Part shown: positions 5,987-11,519 of the stretch, in pieces
How positions within the stretch are numbered: position 1 is the first letter of the stretch
Layout: each line of letters starts with the position of its first letter
Sequence record: MN496308.1
Length of the DNA: 11,519 bases
Direction: 5' to 3' (one strand)
Made by a program: the position numbers and the translations under genes
Notes under the pieces: model-generated
Seen by the model: only the letters and a program-made list of their open reading frames with translations
The model's database searches: none
Told to the model about the DNA's origin: nothing

Positions 5987-6289
5987 ATGGAAACCCCCGA
6001 ATTAAAACCCCCAAAAATGGTATCTGAAGAAGAAATGCATTTTTTTGTAAGAACGTTGCGTGAAGAAGAACCACCATATGACAAATACATTGAAATAGAA
6101 TTTGTTAAGCCGAGTGCGTTTGCTGACAGATTCTATATTGGCGACATAAGCGTAGAATCCGTCGAAAGAGAGGTAAAATACATATTACAATTATATAAAA
6201 TATATAACAAAACAGCTAATGGCGAATTGCAAAATGAAATACGAAAAGAGATCCTTATAACTTTAGCGAAAATTGCCGGCATGTTGTGA
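5987..6289 (+). CDS. SSV1 A100-like protein (100 aa)
   Basis: GAGGTG SD before ATG 5987. PY..Y..I and LY..Y...Q..I.KE.L.T.AKI patterns. First gene of the T6-like operon. Confidence 0.8.
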   Translation: METPELKPPKMVSEEEMHFFVRTLREEEPPYDKYIEIEFVKPSAFADRFYIGDISVESVEREVKYILQLYKIYNKTANGELQNEIRKEILITLAKIAGML

Positions 6290-6295
6290 TGCAAG

Positions 6296-6466
6296 ATGAA
6301 AGTAGTGACGTTTAAGCTAGAAGATGACTTGTTAAGGATTTTAGACTTATACGCTATCAAGACGAAAACGACAAGAAGCGACGTAATTCGCCAAGCATTG
6401 ATGTTGTTATTGAAGGATGAAATAAACAAAGCGAGAGCAAAAGTTGAAACAATCCCGCTGAGGTGA
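6296..6466 (+). CDS. CopG-like RHH protein (56 aa; C80-like), absent from the ORF track
   Basis: Manual translation MKVVTFKLEDDLLRILDLYAIKTKTTRSDVIRQALMLLLKDEINKARAKVETIPLR gives a classic RHH pattern. Confidence 0.9.
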   Translation: MKVVTFKLEDDLLRILDLYAIKTKTTRSDVIRQALMLLLKDEINKARAKVETIPLR

Positions 6467-6470
6467 AACT

Positions 6471-6638
6471 ATGTATTACCAATGTATAAAGTGCGGACAG
6501 ATTTTTCCCAAGAGAAAACAAATAAGGACCCATCTTAGAACACAGCACAAAGTTAATGAAATCGTAGTTGCTTTCTTCATCTCAGCTTTTCCCCACTTTG
6601 GGTCTACAGAAAAAGAAGGGTGGGAATATGATTTATGA
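6471..6638 (+). CDS. C2H2 zinc-finger protein (55 aa; A45-like), absent from the ORF track
   Basis: GAGGTG SD. Manual translation MYYQCIKCGQIFPKRKQIRTHLRTQHKVNE... gives C-x2-C-x12-H-x4-H. Confidence 0.9.
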   Translation: MYYQCIKCGQIFPKRKQIRTHLRTQHKVNEIVVAFFISAFPHFGSTEKEGWEYDL

Positions 6639-6945
6639 TATAATATTGTTTTGCATACTCGAGTTTCACGATTATTTTAGTACTGTCTTGGCACTAAGAA
6701 AAACCCCTCAAATGCAAGAGATAAACCCAATACTGCACCCCGTACTTTCTTCACCAATAAAATTTGCAATCTTCAAGTTCGGGGCTGTTACGATTGTAGT
6801 CTTGTTGATTCTGATTTTTTGGGAGCTTAACCCAATAGTCTTTGGATACACATTACTTGGTTTAGAGTTGTTTGAAGGGGCTGTGGTTTGCAATAACTTA
6901 TATTTTTTATATGTTGCCTCTAAAAGTCAGAAAGGGATGGTATGA
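6628..6945 (+). CDS. Small multi-pass membrane protein (105 aa; probably C102b/DUF5658-like)
   Basis: DYFST...EINP motif and hydrophobic helices. ATG 6628 overlaps the upstream stop. Family label tentative. Confidence 0.7.
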   Translation: MIYDIILFCILEFHDYFSTVLALRKTPQMQEINPILHPVLSSPIKFAIFKFGAVTIVVLLILIFWELNPIVFGYTLLGLELFEGAVVCNNLYFLYVASKSQKGMV

Positions 6946-7346
6946 TGAGCACTCCAGATACTCCTAATAGAGAATCAGGCGCCAAAAGTAGCCTGATTGA
7001 TAACCACCCAAAAATTTCGTTACATGTGACTCGCAAAGAATTGGAAACATACCATAAACTTGACAGAGACAAGAAAAGGCTGATTCGTTCAATAGTTAGA
7101 ACGTTACTTCAACACCCGGAATTGCTAGATTACGCTGACTTCTGGCAAAAGTTTTTCGCAAGTAAGATTGTAAGCGAATATGTCTGCCCGTTGTGTTTGA
7201 TGCCCTTTCCTACCAGATTTTCTCTCATACAGCATATCCGATATGGCGAACACGAGACTGAGTGCAAACTTTGCAAGAAGAAGTTTGTGAACACAGACGC
7301 GTTAATGGACCATATTTGCAAAAAACATAACATCTGCATTTCCTAG
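6942..7346 (+). CDS. SSV1 B129-like tandem C2H2 zinc-finger DNA-binding protein (134 aa)
   Basis: YVCPLCLMPF...QHIRY.EH and C..CKK.F..TD...DH.CKKHNIC.S match B129 as recalled. Confidence 0.95.
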   Translation: MMSTPDTPNRESGAKSSLIDNHPKISLHVTRKELETYHKLDRDKKRLIRSIVRTLLQHPELLDYADFWQKFFASKIVSEYVCPLCLMPFPTRFSLIQHIRYGEHETECKLCKKKFVNTDALMDHICKKHNICIS

Positions 7347-7350
7347 TTGG

Positions 7351-7385
7351 GCTCTTTATAAAATCATATTCTTTTTTGCCCATTA
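7351..7385 (+). promoter_or_regulatory. Late-type promoter directly upstream of vp4; its T-tract may terminate the T6-like operon
   Basis: GCTCTTTATAAAATCATATTCTTTTTT, 24/27 identical to 1-27. ATG at the same offset. Confidence 0.75.
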
Positions 7386-9779
7386 ATGAAGTGGCTACTA
7401 TTTTTACTGCTATTACTAGGAGTTATAACAATAGTAGGACCAACTGTTAATGCTATAGTGGCCCCACCCCCCGGCAGTGGCGGGGCTTATGCTACAACAT
7501 ACAACTTCACATTACCAGTTACCACATATACAAAAACATGTCAAGTAGTGCAGAATGGTTCTACTTTCGCTTCAGCTTCATGGCGTAACCCATCGTATGT
7601 TAGTGTGTATAATACATACTATCTGCAAATATTGCCGAATCAAGAATACATAAACAATAACGTATCACTAGCTCTTTCGGCATCAGTAATCGCATTAAAT
7701 GCTACTTTTCAATTAGCTAGCAGTAGTAACAGCGGAAGTTATGGTGGTGTGGCAATAGGATACGGAACGCTTATAAACCCCAACATGGGTAACTATGGGC
7801 CTCAACCCCCATATTATGCTACTGGAATTGTTGTGTGGTTAGAACACGGTGCAATGAGTACATATCATCTATTTGTATTTTACAATGGGCAGATGGTGCT
7901 GAATGCCAGTGTTGGGAGTGTTGCTATTGGTCAGAAATTAGGAATAGGTTTTTGGTACACGTTTGGTCAACCAATAAAGATATACTACTATAATGGTTCT
8001 GTGTACACGTATAGCTTATCTATATATAATTCTATGGCGACAATAAACAGCTATTATATCATATCAGCTTCTAACGCTGGCCCGGTTTATGGTTATGGGC
8101 AATGGGTCCTTTTAAACATACAGTATTTCCAGACGCAAACGATTACTTACACAGCTACATTTTCTTATTACGCAGTTCAGTTGTCCAATGGCGTTAATGC
8201 ATTAGTAGCATACACTGACGCTTACAACCCAGTAAACATAACTTCTAATGCGTCATATGGTGTTATCGCAATAGTGAAAGAAGTAAACTATAGTGTCAGT
8301 AATGCACAATACCCCGTTTCTTCACCATTCTCATTTCTTCCTAGCTCTAACGGCATATATATCATAGCTTATTCTTATCCCTTCCCCTCAATAAACTCAT
8401 ACTATATCAACATCACATTTAACTTCCAATTCGTGACACCGCAACAAACAGTTTTCAAGAACGTCACAATTCCAGTGATTGTCTTTGCATTTGCATTCGC
8501 ATTTTCCTATGTTAAGTTGCCAAACTCTACCTATCTTCCCGGCCAAACTGTGACTTTGACATATTCTGCTAGTCCAAATTATCCGCCAAACATGGGGTAC
8601 ATACCGATTTCACCGCCGACAGTCTCAATTAATGCACCCGGTGTTGTACAAGCAAATTACCCTGTTACATTCAAAATACCTAATGTAACAACACCACAAG
8701 CATTTAGTTACACAATAACGGTGAGTGAAGGTTCTTTCGTTATAGCTACATATAATGGTACGCTGTATGTTATAGTGCCTAACAAACTTCCCGTTATTTT
8801 CGTTCAACCTTATCCCACTACAGTGACCCAAGGACAAACTCTCAAACTAACATTCCAATTTAGTTATGCCACACCTCTAGAGAACATAAGTACAAGTGTA
8901 TTTCAAAAAGGGGCAAATTACTTGTATTTGCCCGCACAAATAGTATCTGCAAATGCGGTCATACAGTTCTACGCATCTTGGAGCAGTTCCAATGATGGCC
9001 TAATCATATTCACAAATACTGTGAATTACATTATCCCATTCAATGGCACAAACGCACTCACTTTCACAAATAACAGTATAAACACGCTAACAATTTCTGT
9101 GTCCAATGGGACAATCCTTATTTCAAATGGAGTCAACAAACTGCTGCTACAGAACACCTCACCAATTATCGGAATAGGCTTTTACAACCCATACCCAATT
9201 AACATTAAATGGGTATATTTGTTTGGGATTGTCACCCCTACTGCGACTGCGGGTCAATCATATGTGATTCTCATAGGGCAAAACCCATCAACATTGCAAC
9301 AATACACAACTGGTTACGTTAATCAGTCAGGGTGGGCTACCGTAAGCATACCGATTACACAGACACCATATGAGCTGATTGATATTGATTGGTATGGCGT
9401 GAAATACATCATATTGAATATATCAGTAACTCAACCTACAACTACAACAACACCTACTGTGAATACTTCAACTCTCACTTACAACTACACCCCACCATTC
9501 AGCAATAGCATCCAACCAAATAGCACATTGTATAATTTTGCAAATGCCCAGCCATGGGCGACTGTGATTGGGATAATAGTGGTTGTTGTCATAGCATTAT
9601 TGGGATGGAAATTTGGAAGTCTAAGCGGTGCAATAGGCGGTGCGACAGCGGGCCTAATAATGACAGCTTATCTTGGTTTACTGCCATGGTATCTATTCTA
9701 CATCTTTGTTCTCGGAATTGCAATGCTTCTCGCAAAATTGATAGCAGATAAATTCATGAGTGGTGATTCAGATGACTGA
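7386..9779 (+). CDS. vp4: VP4 tail/adsorption glycoprotein (SSV1 C792-like, 797 aa)
   Basis: Signal peptide, NPSYVSVYNTYYLQ.LPNQEYI motif, about 24 N-x-S/T sequons counted by hand, C-terminal transmembrane helices. Confidence 0.95.
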   Translation: MKWLLFLLLLLGVITIVGPTVNAIVAPPPGSGGAYATTYNFTLPVTTYTKTCQVVQNGSTFASASWRNPSYVSVYNTYYLQILPNQEYINNNVSLALSASVIALNATFQLASSSNSGSYGGVAIGYGTLINPNMGNYGPQPPYYATGIVVWLEHGAMSTYHLFVFYNGQMVLNASVGSVAIGQKLGIGFWYTFGQPIKIYYYNGSVYTYSLSIYNSMATINSYYIISASNAGPVYGYGQWVLLNIQYFQTQTITYTATFSYYAVQLSNGVNALVAYTDAYNPVNITSNASYGVIAIVKEVNYSVSNAQYPVSSPFSFLPSSNGIYIIAYSYPFPSINSYYINITFNFQFVTPQQTVFKNVTIPVIVFAFAFAFSYVKLPNSTYLPGQTVTLTYSASPNYPPNMGYIPISPPTVSINAPGVVQANYPVTFKIPNVTTPQAFSYTITVSEGSFVIATYNGTLYVIVPNKLPVIFVQPYPTTVTQGQTLKLTFQFSYATPLENISTSVFQKGANYLYLPAQIVSANAVIQFYASWSSSNDGLIIFTNTVNYIIPFNGTNALTFTNNSINTLTISVSNGTILISNGVNKLLLQNTSPIIGIGFYNPYPINIKWVYLFGIVTPTATAGQSYVILIGQNPSTLQQYTTGYVNQSGWATVSIPITQTPYELIDIDWYGVKYIILNISVTQPTTTTTPTVNTSTLTYNYTPPFSNSIQPNSTLYNFANAQPWATVIGIIVVVVIALLGWKFGSLSGAIGGATAGLIMTAYLGLLPWYLFYIFVLGIAMLLAKLIADKFMSGDSDD

Positions 9780-10011
9780 TGCAATTAGTTTGGCTTTGGG
9801 GACTGGCTTAGGACCAATAATAGCGATTGTTATCATTATAGCAATGATGGGATTGACATACAAGATGGCGGGGAAGATTAGTGCAATAATAGTGGGGATA
9901 GGGGCTACATTTGCAATGATGTTTTTAGATTTCATTCCGGTATACTGGGGTGTTGCAATAATTTTCGCTATGATAGCGGGCATATTTGTGGGTGAAAGAT
10001 ATGGGAACTAA
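9772..10011 (+). CDS. SSV1 B78-like membrane protein (79 aa)
   Basis: GGTGA SD before ATG 9772. Fully hydrophobic. Follows vp4. Confidence 0.88.
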   Translation: MTDAISLALGTGLGPIIAIVIIIAMMGLTYKMAGKISAIIVGIGATFAMMFLDFIPVYWGVAIIFAMIAGIFVGERYGN

Positions 10012-10471
10012 ATTAGTTGTCTATGTTCTATTAGTTGATGTATTGTTGGCACTGATGATAGGTGCGTTCAGTGGAATATCTCTGCCATCTATTCCGCAAA
10101 CGCCTAGCTATCAACAAGCTGTACAAACAATGAGCTCAATATCGATTAGTGTGGGGTGGCCCGCTATCACATTAATTCCTAGCTTTAGCATCCTTGGGGC
10201 TACAGTCCCAGCGCTACAAATACCAGCTGTCACATTGTTCTCGTTTAATTTTGGATTCTTAGCACCACTTTATTTCGGCATTCTCGTGGTTGACTGGTTC
10301 TTTACTATCATTTTTGATGTAGTGTCATACATCGTGTCAGTAATCAGTGGCGGTGTCACAATCTTGGTATCTGTTCCGGTAATTGGTCCCTTTTTGACTG
10401 CCATTTTAGTGTTGTTAAACTTCATATTGCTGTGGGAACTACTGAAGCTCATTTTGGGCGTGAGACTATGA
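10001..10471 (+). CDS. SSV1 C166-like core membrane protein (156 aa)
   Basis: GGTGA SD at 9991. MGTKLVVYVLL start, multiple transmembrane segments, synteny. Confidence 0.88.
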   Translation: MGTKLVVYVLLVDVLLALMIGAFSGISLPSIPQTPSYQQAVQTMSSISISVGWPAITLIPSFSILGATVPALQIPAVTLFSFNFGFLAPLYFGILVVDWFFTIIFDVVSYIVSVISGGVTILVSVPVIGPFLTAILVLLNFILLWELLKLILGVRL

Positions 10472-10791
10472 CTTACAATGCAAATGAAATAAGGGCCAAG
10501 ATATTGCGAAAGAAGATACTGCAGTTGATAGCAGAAAATTACGTTTTGTCTGCCTCGCTGATATCGCACACATTATTATTAAGTTATGCTACGGTCCTGA
10601 GGCATCTGCGAATCCTTCAAACCGAAGGATACATTGAACTACACAAAGAAGGGCGTACATTATATGCAAAAATTAAACAGAACAGTGAACAAATTCAGAT
10701 TCTGAATTCAGAACTAGGGCTTTTTAAAAAGCCTCAATCCCTGGTAGACTCGAAGAAAAATGAGGTTCGGAAAAAAGTTAGCAAAGGCTGA
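10468..10791 (+). CDS. SSV1 B115-like winged-helix regulator (107 aa)
   Basis: ArsR-like pattern LSYATVLRHLRILQTEGYIEL.KEGRTLY. ATGA overlap with the C166-like stop. Confidence 0.9.
   Translation: MTYNANEIRAKILRKKILQLIAENYVLSASLISHTLLLSYATVLRHLRILQTEGYIELHKEGRTLYAKIKQNSEQIQILNSELGLFKKPQSLVDSKKNEVRKKVSKG
10718..10733 (+). promoter_or_regulatory. T1/T2-like capsid promoter TATA within a perfect 16-bp palindrome
   Basis: GGCTTTTTAAAAAGCC, ending 26 nt before the vp1 ATG, which fits a leaderless transcript. Confidence 0.65.
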
Positions 10792-11011
10792 AGGAGCAAA
10801 TATCGGAACTTTGCTAGGGCTCTTCATATTTATTCTCGTAGGGATTGTGTTACTGCCGATAATAACATCCCAAGTAAATACCTTGACTGGCGGAACTAAC
10901 CCACAAGTCACCGGGACAAACGCCACATTGCTAAATCTAGTCCCATTGTTCTACATCTTAGTGCTCTTGATAGTCCCCGCAGTTATCGCATACAAAATCT
11001 ATCGCCAGTGA
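10760..11011 (+). CDS. vp1: Major capsid protein VP1 precursor (83 aa; predicted mature 73 aa from Glu11)
   Basis: EGANIGTLLGLFIFIL.GIVLLP...GTNATLLNLVPLFYILVL matches mature SSV1 VP1 as recalled. An in-frame TAG at 10745 excludes a longer precursor. Confidence 0.97.
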   Translation: MRFGKKLAKAEGANIGTLLGLFIFILVGIVLLPIITSQVNTLTGGTNPQVTGTNATLLNLVPLFYILVLLIVPAVIAYKIYRQ

Positions 11012-11024
11012 AAGGTGATAATGG

Positions 11025-11291
11025 ATGGAGGTAAATCTAAAGCAAATTCTTTTTTTGTTTTTGTTTATCGTCATTGGAGTGGTGCTGTTAAGCCCTATCA
11101 TGTCATATGTAACGACTCTAACAACTCCATATTTTACGACCGTTAGCGGAACTGTGACTTCAACTATTTCAAATTCGCAGTATGTAGGGCCAACTAACGC
11201 CACTCTCATATCATTAGTACCGATATTCTACATCTTGATACTCTTGGTCGCTCCCGCGGTCCTCGCGTATAAGATGTGGAGGGATGAGTAG
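11025..11291 (+). CDS. vp3: Minor capsid protein VP3 (88 aa), VP1 paralog
   Basis: GGTGA SD. Two hydrophobic helices, [15 protein letters not shown] motif. Confidence 0.95.
   Translation: MEVNLKQILFLFLFIVIGVVLLSPIMSYVTTLTTPYFTTVSGTVTSTISNSQYVGPTNATLISLVPIFYILILLVAPAVLAYKMWRDE
11050..11066 (+). terminator. Possible intragenic oligo-T terminator early in vp3
   Basis: TTTTTTTGTTTTTGTTT about 40 nt after the vp1 stop. It also encodes LFLFLF, so it may be only a coding effect. Confidence 0.45.
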
Positions 11292-11519
11292 ATGGTAGAA
11301 AAATGGATTCAAAAAGCGATAAAGAGGAAAGGCAGAGTGCACAGATATTTAATGCGACTTTACGGAAAACGCGCTTTCAAGAAGAATGGTGACATTAAAA
11401 TTGAGTACATTAATAAAGCAATAAAGCATGTGAAAAGAAGCAAACTTAGTAAGGAAGAGAAAAGAAGCTTATTATCTGCACTTTATCTGGCAAAGCGCCT
11501 TAAGAAGATGCACAAATAG
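11292..11519 (+). CDS. vp2: VP2 basic DNA-binding virion protein (75 aa)
   Basis: KW.QKAIKR.GRVHRYLMRLYGKRAF...RSLLSAL.LAKRLK matches SSV1 VP2 as recalled. Highly basic. Confidence 0.95.
   Translation: MVEKWIQKAIKRKGRVHRYLMRLYGKRAFKKNGDIKIEYINKAIKHVKRSKLSKEEKRSLLSALYLAKRLKKMHK

Larger units (their letters stand above)
1..11519. mobile_element. Fusellovirus (SSV1-like spindle-shaped virus) genome, apparently complete and in episomal/virion form
   Basis: Full core gene set in SSV1 order. The integrase is uninterrupted and contains attP. Circularising joins the vp2 stop to a promoter that resembles the one following B129. Confidence 0.95.

Noticed and set aside
6133-6548. Two minus-strand ORFs (98 and 63 aa)
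   Set aside because: They lie opposite the clear RHH and zinc-finger genes found manually.
11021-11023. Alternative ATG 4 nt before vp3
   Set aside because: Out of frame, too close to the GGTGA SD, and gives a short non-conserved peptide.
203-11209. Remaining short antisense or nested track ORFs (203, 936, 1683, 2173, 5163, 6708, 7130, 8625, 9554, 9768, 10270, 10714, 10958)
   Set aside because: All overlap well-supported genes and show no independent signals.

Overview
The window looks like a complete circular genome (11,519 bp) of an unusually compact fusellovirus (Sulfolobus spindle-shaped virus, SSV1-like), in its non-integrated form. It opens at a late-type promoter and ends exactly on the vp2 stop codon. 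All fusellovirus core genes are recognisable in SSV1 order: A82, C84/A92, B277, A154, B251 ATPase, integrase with an intact tRNA-Gly(CCC) attP, B129, VP4, B78, C166, B115, VP1 and VP3, plus VP2. A short accessory block holds a putative nuclease, D63, several ribbon-helix-helix (RHH) regulators, A100, an A45-like zinc finger and a membrane protein. No A291/C124-type cassette lies upstream of VP4. The least explained region is the 243-bp gap upstream of the integrase. It carries a TATA box inside a palindrome, a solitary CRISPR-repeat-like 23-mer whose last 12 nt equal the 3' end of the Sulfolobus repeat, and a cluster of alternating TAGCAGCA palindromes. Also notable are a start-less 65-codon ORF coupled to E73, 35-bp inverted promoter repeats, and duplicated RHH domains. 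Homolog names come from recalled SSV proteins and synteny, not from database searches.
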